NCBI GenBank assembly: GCA_951406725.2
Contig: OX597817.1
Span: 142,166,001-142,230,000, forward strand
Source of the DNA: Octopus vulgaris
Lineage: Eukaryota
DNA length: 64,000 nt
Direction: 5' to 3'
Part shown: positions 14,254 through 25,080 of the stretch, in pieces
Position numbering within the stretch: position 1 is the stretch's first letter
How the letters are laid out: each line of letters begins with the position of its first letter
Translations under genes and position numbers: made by a program
The notes under the pieces: generated by a model
Seen by the model: the letters and a program-made list of their open reading frames with translations, nothing else
Told to the model about the DNA's origin: nothing
Database searches by the model: none

Positions 14254-14674
14254 CCAGATATAGTTGTCAGAGATATAGTTGTCAGAGATCATGAAGAAAA
14301 AATGCTTTCTAATTGATGTATCAATACCAGCAGGTGACAACGTGTCTCTAAAAGAAATGGAGAAACTTTCAAAATTCAAAGACCTGGAAATTGAGGTAAC
14401 CAGAATGTGGAATCTAAAAACAGAAAAAAATGTTATCATAGTAGGTGCATTAGGCATGATAAAAAATATTCAGACAAATACATAACAAAAACACCAGGAC
14501 TTACAAACACATATAACATACAGAAAATTGCACTACTAGGCACTGCACACATCCTACGCAGAGCACTTTCCATACAATAACCATCAGAGCATCATAACAA
14601 ATCACAGCACATACCCAAGGCACACAGAGCTGCGCTCGGTAGTGAAGTGAAAGCACGCTAAAAAAATAAAACTA

Positions 14675-14677
<3 letters not shown>
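14254..14677 (+). mobile_element. Second, shorter copy of the same R4/Dong-like LINE in (AAC)/(AAT)n
   Basis: Highly similar to 12867-13277 including the 3' UTR. 15-bp tandem duplication agatatagttgtcag at the 5' junction. Confidence 0.92.
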
Positions 14678-14745
<68 letters not shown>

Positions 14746-14788
14746 TGATGATGACGACGACGACGACAACAACAACAACAACAACAAC

Positions 14789-14825
<37 letters not shown>

Positions 14826-15084
14826 CATAGCGTCGGTTTATAAAAATAATGAAATAAAATTTTATGCAAATAAATAGAAAGTCTAGAATGAGATGGAAAG
14901 AGAAAATATCAGAATATATAATAAATCTTTATACCTCTTAAGAAAATTTATTTCAAGCCTTTATGGTAAAAAAACAATAATAATAAACTATTGGGTAGGA
15001 AAGAATTTTAAAATTTCAGACAAACAGCGTTCGCTCTCTCTATATATATTTACTTATAAGTGCACACACTCACACACATGGTTA

Positions 15085-15562
15085 TGATGCCGATGGCTGT
15101 CCCCTCGCGACCGAGGGAGACATCAATGATCATTTCCCATGCAAAACGTTAGCAATACCCACGCTGCGGTTAGCTTCAACCTACTTCACCCCATCCCATG
15201 CTCGCCGTGGCGATCCATTCCACCGGACATCAGATAGTTGTCTCACCGACGATTGTACAACCTAAAATTTTACATCCAGTGAGAGTTGCACAACATCCCC
15301 CTCCCCCAACATCACCCCTGACCATCTGCACTCCGTTGACACGATCCAGAGAGAAGCCAGGGCAAAATCTCCAGTGCCAACATGGGTTGTAGATTCAGGA
15401 ATGATCAGAAAACAAGTAAAATATCTCCCAAAAGGGTCTAATGCCATTCCCTACAAAACCAGGTTTATCCCCTAGACATGCTTTAAAAAAGCTGAGGAGT
15501 GTTTCACTCCCAGTAGACTTTCAGCACATCGGAGACCAACTCATATTTTCTGAGAGCTCGTA
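15085..15562 (-). mobile_element. Putative non-autonomous retroelement with an RTE-like 3' tail
   Basis: GC-richer block. Its minus-strand end ctcggtcgcgaggggacagccatc resembles the end of 54760-55280 (ctcgataacgagggggcagccacc). Confidence 0.35.
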
Positions 15563-16813
15563 CCATACATACATACATACATACATACATACATACATAC
15601 ATACATACATACATACATACATACATACATAGGGTATTCGGAAAGTAATCATATATTTTGAAAGAGAAACACCACCGTCAGATCCTATAAGAACGCAAAT
15701 TTATTTCAGATTTCAAAGAATTCCACATCTTTTGATGAAAGAAATGTTTCCAATACGTTTGTTTCTGAATTTAGATCCAACATTGAAATTCTTTAGGCAT
15801 CGAAACATTTCATAGTGGAAAAACAATAAAGACGCTAATTATTTTGTTGAAGTTCTTCCTATGATATCGATATTATTTTGCTCCAAGCTCCATTTTCTGA
15901 TTAATTCTGTCTTATGTTATACCGGAAAACGACAACGCTGCTGGTGCACAAAGGACAGCCACTCTGCACATAACACTTCATTTACACACTGAAGTTACTG
16001 GCAACAAAATATTTGCAGTAGTTGTCGCCCCTTGTTTGAGTATCGGATAAGGATCAGCATTGTCTCCTTCGTAATCTACCAGACGTATGAAGTATGAAGT
16101 CTTGGTTGTGTAGTAAACATAGCTTTCTAATTTACAGATAACAAATGTCTGGTCTCTTTTTCCTATTGCTTGCTGCACCACTTACATTCAAATTTTTGCT
16201 TGATTTGTATGAACTCAAAAAGAAACTCTAGGTTAATCTTAAGCAGCAGTCTCCTGCGAATGGGGAAACATCGATTGCGATTCTCCAGCGGGAACTTTTG
16301 AAGGAACTAAACCCTTTCTTGCACTGTTTTCCAATTCCTTTGAAATGTAACTGCACATCTGAAAGTAACACATTTTTTCAGTTTCTGGGCCAAATCTCTG
16401 GTATTTTACGAAGGATTTGATTCAAATACCTCTCTCAAGATGTTCGAATTCGTTTGTCTTCCACAGCAAATATTTTCTAGAACGAAGCAGACGAAACAAT
16501 CATGAAAGCTAATCTTCAAACATCAGAGATAACAGCTTCCGTTAATTCAACGCATCTTCCACAAACGTTACATTTTCTCTCCCTAGACGTTCTCCTGTTT
16601 CGAGATTTATGCAAGAAAACAACCGCAAATAAAATACTTCTGTAAATTATTTAAGTTAAAGGCAAAATTATATTATATATTATTAACGTAACACTACACA
16701 ATGATAAACTACATATGTGTCTGTGAATGAGTGCTTGTCTATGTATATGTATATGTATACACATATATATATATATTGCTAAACCCTTAACTACTTAGTA
16801 TATATATATATAT

Positions 16814-17546
16814 CGCTCAACCGGTCACTCCTTGCAACACCTATCTGTGTTCGGTTTGTCCTTACACAGAGGCCATCCGGATTCCCGTTTGCGCCGTGAA
16901 CAGGAATTAATCTTCTCTCTTCGCTCTTATACGCCATTTGGTCTCAACTCTCCCCCCTCCTCATCTAACCTCACCCCCCTCCTCACCTATCCTTTCTCCC
17001 CCGACCCCTACTTCTTCAGTCCTTCATCCTTTCACCCCTACTCCCCTTCCCTTCTTCCCTCTTTCTCCCTCCCTCTTCCCCTTCCCTCTGCTGCCTCACT
17101 CCCTCTCTCCCCTTCTCTCTCCCCCTCTCCCTCTTTCCTCCTTCATCCCCCTCATCCCCTTCCTTCTCCCCCATCCTCTCCTCTCCCCCTTCTCCTCCCC
17201 CTCTTCTTCCCCTCCCCTTCTCTCCCCCTCTTCTCTCCCTCCCCCTCTTCTCCTCACTACACCACATGACTTTACACATCACATCACATATGATGTGCCA
17301 TACTAATACACACACCAACTAATACCTACTAATACGTACTAATACATACTAGTACATACTAATACTTACACCAACCCTATACATACACACGTCCAGACCC
17401 CGCATACGCACTTATACTCTCTCACACACACACACACACACACCTATACATACCAATACGTACTAATACATACTAATACATACTAATACATGCACCAACC
17501 CCATACATACGCACGTCCAGACCAATCTTACGCACTAATTCTCTCT

Positions 17547-17585
<39 letters not shown>

Positions 17586-17955
17586 ATACATACTAATACA
17601 TACACCAACCCTATACATACACACATCCAGACCCCTCCCACGCACTTTTAGCTGGTCCCTCAACCCGTTTATCAACCCTATTATCTCCCCTTATTTCGCT
17701 CTCGCGTCTCATGTTTGATCTTTGACCTCTGGCCGAAATCAGATCGCCATGTTGATTCGTTAGCTACTGCACGCATTTTTTTTCTCTCCTTCTTTCTGTG
17801 TTTTTCTCTCTCTGTGTATCTTTCTGTTGAAGAGCGTAGGCTCGAAACGTTAAAGACTTGTTTTATTTATATTTCCTGAGCGCCATACTAATACAATTGT
17901 TCGTTTGTTTTCCACCTGCCTTCGTCTTTTGTTTATTTTCATAAAGCTTCCCGTT
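16814..17955 (+). repeat. Upstream pseudo-LTR (partial tandem copy of the PLE 3' end)
   Basis: Starts mid GIY-YIG (cgctcaaccgg). Differs from 21348-22488 only by about one substitution and small C-run/CA-run indels. Contains ctaata-rich subrepeats and three ccaacc...tccagacc units. Confidence 0.96.
17819..17856 (+). ncRNA. Minimal type-I hammerhead ribozyme motif (variant core CUGUUGA)
   Basis: Stem I UCUUU/AAAGA; core CUGUUGA plus one A; stem II GAGC-GUAG-GCUC; GAAA; palindromic stem III (AACGUU); predicted cleavage after GUU. Confidence 0.75.
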
Positions 17956-18595
17956 ATATATTATGCGCTCACGTGGTCTCACTTTCATCCTATATTCTAC
18001 CAATACCACTATCAACACTTACCTCTACCTTGGATTTTCTTTACCTCTTGGATACTTACCATTGGCTGCACCTCTCTTTCGCGGATCAAAGTGACTTTGC
18101 ATTGATGTGAAATCCTTAAAAAATATACCACGACGTCTACACATTTCTCACCTTGAACTTTCAACCTTGAACTTGTTCGCATAAACTGTCCCGTTTGTTG
18201 TATTTTTATTTTCTCTTATATTACCACTTTTTTTACATTCATTTCATGCTTCCCACATTTTCCTGAATTTTTGTTCTCCTTTCCGTCTTTCTTCCCTCTC
18301 TGGATGTCCATACTCCGTTTCCTCTGCCTGCACCCCCCTTTTTTTTGCCTCCCCCTCTCTCTGCTTCCCTTCTTTCTTTCCCTTTTCCGTTTGCCCCGTC
18401 TTTTCTGCCCCTATCGCTTACTTATCTAGTTTTTTCATACGATTATTATATTTTTGTTTTTTTGAACGTTTGTTTTTTCCCCTTTTTTCGCTATCCTTTT
18501 TTTCTATTTTTTTCATACAATAATTTTTGTTTTTTGGTTTTTTTTTTTTTTTTTTTTTTTTGTTTTTTCGAACGTTTTTTTTCCGCTATCCCATC

Positions 18596-18857
18596 ATGCC
18601 GGATCCTAGGTCCTACCTCCTCACCCTCCATCACCGTTTGAAGGATCATCTACGTTCGCTTCCTGTATATTGCCTTCAGCCGTCCGTTAATCTCTCTCTA
18701 CTTCTTTTTAAAAACCCGCTTCTCTAGCCATGTCTCTTTCCTAAGCCGCTGCCTACATCACCGACTCATCCCTAAAGGTTTCCGCCTCCACTTCCACCCT
18801 GCTCTCCACTCGGATTCTTCCATCTTACCCATACTCCGCACCACATCTTACCGCCTT
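18596..18857 (+). CDS. Probable true N-terminus of the PLE polyprotein, out of frame by one base
   Basis: ATG at 18596 (MPDPRSYLL...) stops at 18727. The frame of the 993-aa ORF is open from 18642 and encodes SHVSFLSRCLHHRLIPKGF, an H..FL..C...IPKGF-type PLE N-terminal motif. Confidence 0.65.
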
Positions 18858-21839
18858 ATGCGGGCCACCATTCGCTCCAATCTCTCCAAACTACATGCCA
18901 TCAACCGCCTTCTTCCTCCTGCTTTCTCCACCTTCTTCTCCTCTCTGCCGCCTCTTTATGCTCCAAACACGCTACGCTTCATTATCCATTTGAATCAACT
19001 CTTCCATCAATTTCTTTCTGATACCAAACTTCGTAAACTCCAATCACTCTTCCATTCCACCCTACCCGACGCCACTACCCCAACTCCTCCACCACCCTTC
19101 TCCCCTCCCGATAGGCTCCATCCACCCACACCTAACCCCACTGCCCCTCCCTACAACCCCTTCTCCCCTCCCGTTAGGCTCCATCCACCTACACCTAACC
19201 CTACTGCCCCGCCCAACCACCCCCCACACACCTCTCCAATCCCTCCCCCTCAGACCTCCACGAGACCTACCACCCCTCCTACTTCTATTCCATCCACCCC
19301 TTCTCCACTTCCGTCTGTTGTTACCATTCCCCCCGATCTTCCCCTCTCTGCGGCTGAACGCTCTGTCCTTGGTAGGGGTCTGCGTTTCATCCCCCTCACT
19401 CCATACTGTAAGGAATTCCAGACGCGAGTTGATGTCCACAGCTTTGTGCGCCGTGTCCGGTTGGGTGCGCATTACCACGACTCGCCACCCACACCCAACG
19501 AAGAGGACGACTGCTTCACTGGCCTGGGCCGCCGACCATCCCCGTGGACGCCTGCCCCTGGCCAGATCCTAGCAGTGGATCTTTTCGCGGGCGCTTGTCA
19601 GCGTGCATTGGAGCGGTTCAACTTCTCCAGGCGCCAACGCCGCCTCAACATCTCCCCGGCTGAGCTCTTGGCTCTTCGTTCCCTCCAACGGCGCGCTGAC
19701 ATTATCATCAAACCGGCTGACAAGGGTGGAGCTGTAGTGGTGTGGCGCGCGGACCTCTATAGGGCCGAGGCTTTCCGCCAACTCAATGACACCTCCTTCT
19801 ATTCCCCTCTGCCCTCTAACCCCACACGTAGCTACCAACAGACGGTATCCTCTACTGTCCAAGACCTCATCTCGTCCTCCCGTCTCCCCCGCACCGCATC
19901 CAACCTAATTGTGCGAACCCCACGTACCCCCACCATTTACTTCCTCCCCAAAATCCACAAACCCAACAACCCTGGCCGCCCCATCGTCTCCGCCTGTAAC
20001 TGCCCCACGGAGCTCATCTCTAAATACCTCGACCGTGTCCTTGCCCCCCTAGTGGCATCTCTTCCCTCCCACATCCACGATACAAACCATGCTCTCCGGC
20101 TTTTCAACTCTTTCTCCTTTCCTCCCGGCTCCTCCAAAATCCTTTTTACTATGGACATCCAAAGCCTCTATACTGTTATCCCTCACCACGAAGGACTGCA
20201 GGCCCTTCGACACTTTCTTGACCTCCGCTCTAACCCTGTACCTGACACCTCCACACTCATTCGTCTGGCCGAACTTGTCCTTACTCTGAACTGCTTCTCG
20301 TTCGCGGGCGAGTTCTACCATCAGGTCTCGGGAGTGGCCATGGGAACGCGAATGGGCCCCAACTATGCGAACCTGTTCGTTGGCTATGTTGAGGCCCAAA
20401 TATTCTCTAATTTCACTGGTCCCACTCCTGAACTATATGGTCGTTATATTGACGACATTATCGGTGCCACCTCACTCTCCCGCGAACATCTAGATTCCTT
20501 CCTCTCTTTCGTCCAATCTTTCCATCCAGCCCTCCACTTCACTTCCACTATCTCCAACACCTCTGTCTCCTTCCTCGACATTTCGGTTAGCATTCTTCAC
20601 TCCACTCTTACCACCTCCATTCACTACAAACACACAGACTCACACTCATACCTCAACTTCTCTTCCTCCCACCCAGAACACACCAAGCTTTCCATCCCCT
20701 ATTCCCAATTCCTCCGTCTACGTAGGCTCTGTAGTGACGACCATGACTTTGAGACTCAGTCTCAACGTATGGCTCACCACTTCACCCTACGTGGATACCC
20801 CCTCACCACTATCCACACCGCCCTTGCTAGAGCACGGTCCGTGGACCGTGTATCTGCTCTCTCTCCCCGAACCCGCCCTGTAGTCTCCCGCCTCCCTTTT
20901 CCCCTCACTTACCACCCCATGACCCTACGTCTCCAACGCACCATTCTTCGAGATTTCCGTCATCTCCAGTCCGACCCGTCCACTTCACACCTCTTCCCTA
21001 ACCGACCCCTCCCCTCTTTCAAACGAGCCCACAACCTTCGGGACCTTTTGGTCCATAGCTCCTTCCCTGACCCTACCTCCCAACCCGGCTCGTTCCCCTG
21101 CTCCCGCCCACGTTGCCGCACTTGCCCTTACATCTCCAACACCACCCGCCTCACTAGCACCCACCATCGACCCTATCCCATCATCCACTCCTTCACCTGC
21201 ACCTCCAGCAATATTATCTATTGCATCTCTTGCTCTCTCTGCAATTCCTTGTACATCGGACAAACGGGACGCCGCTTGGCTGACCGGTTCGCGGAACACC
21301 TTCGTGACATCCACCTTGCGAACGACACACCGGTCTCACGTCATTTCCGCTCAACCGGTCACTCCTTGCAACACCTATCTGTGTTCGGTTTGTCCTTACA
21401 CAGAGGCCATCCGGATTCCCGTTTGCGCCGTGAACAGGAATTAATCTTCTCTCTTCGCTCTTATACGCCATTTGGTCTCAACTCTCCCCCCTCCTCATCT
21501 AACCTCACCCCCCTCCTCACCTATCCTTTCTCCCCCGACCCCTACTTCTTCAGTCCTTCATCCTTTCACCCCTACTCCCCTTCCCTTCTTCCCTCTTTCT
21601 CCCTCCCTCTTCCCCTTCCCTCTGCTGCCTCACTCCCTCTCTCCCCTTCTCTCTCCCCCTCTCCCTCTTTCCTCCTTCATCCCCCTCATCCCCTTCCTTC
21701 TCCCCCATCCTCTCCTCTCCCCCTTCTCCTCCCCCTCTTCTTCCCCTCCCCTTCTCTCCCCTCTTCTCTCCCTCCCCCTCTTCTCCTCACTACACCACAT
21801 GACTTTACACATCACATCACATATGATGTGCCATACTAA
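18858..21839 (+). CDS. PLE polyprotein: reverse transcriptase + Cys-rich linker + GIY-YIG endonuclease
   Basis: IIIKPADKGGAVVV, YFLPKIHK..PGRPIVS, MDIQSLYT, GVAMGTRMGPNYANLF, RYIDD, FLDI, CSRPRCRTC..FTC, NIIYCISC..C..LYIGQT, REQELI..GLN. Confidence 0.97.
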   Translation: MRATIRSNLSKLHAINRLLPPAFSTFFSSLPPLYAPNTLRFIIHLNQLFHQFLSDTKLRKLQSLFHSTLPDATTPTPPPPFSPPDRLHPPTPNPTAPPYNPFSPPVRLHPPTPNPTAPPNHPPHTSPIPPPQTSTRPTTPPTSIPSTPSPLPSVVTIPPDLPLSAAERSVLGRGLRFIPLTPYCKEFQTRVDVHSFVRRVRLGAHYHDSPPTPNEEDDCFTGLGRRPSPWTPAPGQILAVDLFAGACQRALERFNFSRRQRRLNISPAELLALRSLQRRADIIIKPADKGGAVVVWRADLYRAEAFRQLNDTSFYSPLPSNPTRSYQQTVSSTVQDLISSSRLPRTASNLIVRTPRTPTIYFLPKIHKPNNPGRPIVSACNCPTELISKYLDRVLAPLVASLPSHIHDTNHALRLFNSFSFPPGSSKILFTMDIQSLYTVIPHHEGLQALRHFLDLRSNPVPDTSTLIRLAELVLTLNCFSFAGEFYHQVSGVAMGTRMGPNYANLFVGYVEAQIFSNFTGPTPELYGRYIDDIIGATSLSREHLDSFLSFVQSFHPALHFTSTISNTSVSFLDISVSILHSTLTTSIHYKHTDSHSYLNFSSSHPEHTKLSIPYSQFLRLRRLCSDDHDFETQSQRMAHHFTLRGYPLTTIHTALARARSVDRVSALSPRTRPVVSRLPFPLTYHPMTLRLQRTILRDFRHLQSDPSTSHLFPNRPLPSFKRAHNLRDLLVHSSFPDPTSQPGSFPCSRPRCRTCPYISNTTRLTSTHHRPYPIIHSFTCTSSNIIYCISCSLCNSLYIGQTGRRLADRFAEHLRDIHLANDTPVSRHFRSTGHSLQHLSVFGLSLHRGHPDSRLRREQELIFSLRSYTPFGLNSPPSSSNLTPLLTYPFSPDPYFFSPSSFHPYSPSLLPSFSLPLPLPSAASLPLSPSLSPSPSFLLHPPHPLPSPPSSPLPLLLPLFFPSPSLPSSLPPPLLLTTPHDFTHHITYDVPY
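19098..19215 (+). repeat. In-frame 63-bp tandem repeat in the Pro-rich PLE linker
   Basis: FSPPDRLHPPTPNPTAPP / FSPPVRLHPPTPNPTAPP, units starting at 19098 and 19161. Confidence 0.9.
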
Positions 21840-22079
21840 TACACACACCAACTAATACCTACTAATACGTACTAATACATACTAGTACATACTAATACTT
21901 ACACCAACCCTATACATACACACGTCCAGACCCCGCATACGCACTTATACTCTCTCACACACACACACACACACACCTATACATACCAATACGTACTAAT
22001 ACATACTAATACATACTAATACATGCACCAACCCCATACATACGCACGTCCAGACCAATCTTACGCACTAATACTCTCT

Positions 22080-22118
<39 letters not shown>

Positions 22119-22351
22119 ATACATACTAATACATACACCAACCCTATACATACACACATCCAGACCCCTCCCACGCACTTTTAGCTGGTCCCTCAACCCG
22201 TTTATCAACCCTATTATCTCCCCTTATTTCGCTCTCGCGTCTCATGTTTGATCTTTGACCTCTGGCCGAAATCAGATCGCCATGTTGATTCGTTAGCTAC
22301 TGCACGCATTTTTTTTCTCTCCTTCTTTCTGTGTTTTTCTCTCTCTGTGTA

Positions 22352-22389
22352 TCTTTCTGTTGAAGAGCGTAGGCTCGAAACGTTAAAGA
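22352..22389 (+). ncRNA. Second copy of the CUGUUGA hammerhead motif (3' repeat)
   Basis: Identical to 17819-17856. Confidence 0.75.
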
Positions 22390-22486
22390 CTTGTTTTATT
22401 TATATTTCCTGAGCGCCATACTAATACAATTGTTCGTTTGTTTTCCACCTGCCTTCGTCTTTTGTTTATTTTCATAAAGCTTCCCG

Positions 22487-22488
<2 letters not shown>

Positions 22489-22570
<82 letters not shown>

Positions 22571-22582
22571 GTATGTATATGG

Positions 22583-22655
<73 letters not shown>

Positions 22656-22697
22656 TATATACATATTTATACACATATACACACACATGCACACAGG

Positions 22698-22764
<67 letters not shown>

Positions 22765-22765
22765 A
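22489..22765. repeat. (TA)n / (GATA)n microsatellites
   Basis: Direct reading. Confidence 0.95.
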
Positions 22766-23275
22766 CAGACTGACAAATAATTATATTCGTTGATAGTTTC
22801 CCTGTCTGGTGAAATTGTTTATGTCTAGCAACTTAGTGGTCCGTCAGACAGCTGAAAGAAATAATTTACTTAATATTTCTCGATGTTTCGAAATTCTTAT
22901 GCTGTAAACAACTTACTATAAATATATATGGAAAGAGACAGAGAGAGAGGAAAGGAAAGAGGGAATATACAGAAAACTGTATACATATGTCGATAGGCGG
23001 CATATTATAAACAACCCAATTCACTTATCGTTGAATTCTGACAGAAAACAAAAAAAGGTTATTTTCATTAAATGAATGATTCGTATTACAAACTAATGCC
23101 ATTATTAATATTCAATATAGAATACAACATTAACAAACCAACAATACAAACAACATCAATCTAATAAGCAGACCAGATTTCGTAGAATTTATATATAAAC
23201 TTTCTGTGTTAATGTCTGTGTGTCTGTGTGAGTGTTTGTGTGTGTGTGTTATATCTACTGCTCTTTCTATGTATG

Positions 23276-23338
<63 letters not shown>

Positions 23339-23420
23339 ATAAACACACACACATATATATATGTATATACATATATATATATATATATATACGATGAATA
23401 TATACATATATGTACATATA

Positions 23421-23466
<46 letters not shown>

Positions 23467-23663
23467 AGCATAGAAAACTTTAGTGATGTATAAAAAGTCT
23501 ATTAAGCAACAATTATCTCATAAAATGATTTCCAGTTGTCACTGCGCACGCGCACATACACTTACCTATATACATACAAACATTTATGTCTCTATATATG
23601 TGTGTGTCTGTGCGCATTGGCGCGCGTTTGTATGTATGTATACATCTGTATATATATATACAC

Positions 23664-23703
<40 letters not shown>

Positions 23704-23704
23704 C

Positions 23705-23843
23705 TCTTTTACTCTTTTACTTGTTTCAGTCATTTGACTGCGGCCGTGCAGGAGTACCGACTTCAGTCGAACAAATCAACCCCAGGACTTATTCTTTGTA
23801 AGCCTAGTACTTATTCTATGTTGGGAGGACAAATACAGACGCA

Positions 23844-23907
<64 letters not shown>

Positions 23908-24085
23908 TATATATATATATGTATATATACGACGGGCTTCTTCCAGTTTCCATCTAACAAATCCACTCACAAGCCTTTGGTTGACCAGAGGCTATAGTAG
24001 AAGGGACAAGGTGTCACGCAGTGGGACTGAACCTGGGAGCATGTGGATGGTAAGCAAGCTACTTACCACACAGCCACGCTTGTGC
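23705..24085 (-). mobile_element. Family B SINE with expanded internal (CA)n
   Basis: Reverse complement of family B. Confidence 0.85.
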
Positions 24086-24590
24086 CTGCTTACCACACAA
24101 CCACTCATAATATACATACACACACTCCCAAACATACATATATATATATGTATGGTTTGTGTGCTTGTATATATTCGTGTACGCCCATGTTTCATGTTTG
24201 ATACCGTTTATTTATAACAACTATAAAACTTCACTAAACCCTTCTGTGGATGTCATGTTTCCAATCATGAAATGATGAAAAAATGGTGAGCCTGAAACCT
24301 GGACATGCAGTAAGTAAACTATCCCACTTCTGGTTATTACACTTACACACCCATTACAAACACACACACACACTGACTCACTTACACACGTCCTAGGTAG
24401 CAGATTCTCACGGGATATAGAAATGGAGTTCCGGTAAGTTAAGTGTTCATACGTGATAACCAATCGAGGAAAGTTTCTCCACCAGACAGAAGACGCCCAT
24501 CATTGTCTTCCCGATCTTCCCTATCTCTAATGATGAAGACTTCAATCAACTCGGAATCGATGAGAATGTTGCATTGGTTGGGTTGGTGCC

Positions 24591-25080
24591 GTGGGTAAAG
24601 CCAGAGTAACGAAAGAGCATTTCTATAGACTCCGGAAAATATGGAACTCAAAGCTGTCTGAATTTAACAGAACCATTTCTAATAATGGTTTTGCAATGCC
24701 ATTGTTAGTACCAATATTTGGAACATTGAACTGGACACTCGACGAGATACGCAGCATTGGCATCAAAACTAGAAATGTAATGGCCACCACTCGCCATTTC
24801 CATTTTGAAAGCGACACCGATAGGATCTATGCGAGATGAAGTGATGGCGATAGAAGCATAGGATCAGTCCAAACAGCCTCTGAATGTCGCATTGTATCAC
24901 TCTGACAACACCTGTTGGACAGTAAAGAAAGAAATTCGTACATTCCATACGTACTCAAAAGTGAGAGCAACATTTTAGAGGTGGAGAACTTCTGTGCAGG
25001 TAATCTGAGAACACAACTGTCTCATGCGAACCAGAGGAGGCTGGACTGGCCTACATGAACAGATGCTCGGAAGTGAAGCA
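24591..25080 (+). pseudogene. Degenerate R4-clade LINE RT thumb fragment
   Basis: RLRKIWNSKLS..N...NGFAMP...FGTLNWT..EI..I..KTR..M...HFH..SDTDRIYAR matches the R4-type post-RT region. Confidence 0.65.

Larger units (their letters stand above)
16814..22488 (+). mobile_element. Penelope-like retroelement (Neptune-type) with upstream pseudo-LTR, inserted in (TA)n
   Basis: RT + GIY-YIG ORF. 16814-17955 is a near-identical direct repeat of 21348-22488. (TA)n on both outer flanks. Hammerhead motif in each repeat. Confidence 0.96.

Noticed and set aside
15630-16710. Possible decayed DNA transposon (agggtattcggaaagt terminus)
   Set aside because: No matching opposite TIR or transposase motif found.
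16832-17269. 145-aa ORF as an independent gene
   Set aside because: It is the duplicated PLE C-terminus inside the pseudo-LTR.
17300-17640. Regularly spaced repeats resembling a CRISPR array
   Set aside because: Eukaryotic context; degenerate ctaata/CA subrepeats without unique spacers; no cas genes.
19062-21471. Overlapping antisense and alternate-frame ORFs in the PLE
   Set aside because: Expected by-products of a GC-rich, biased coding strand.
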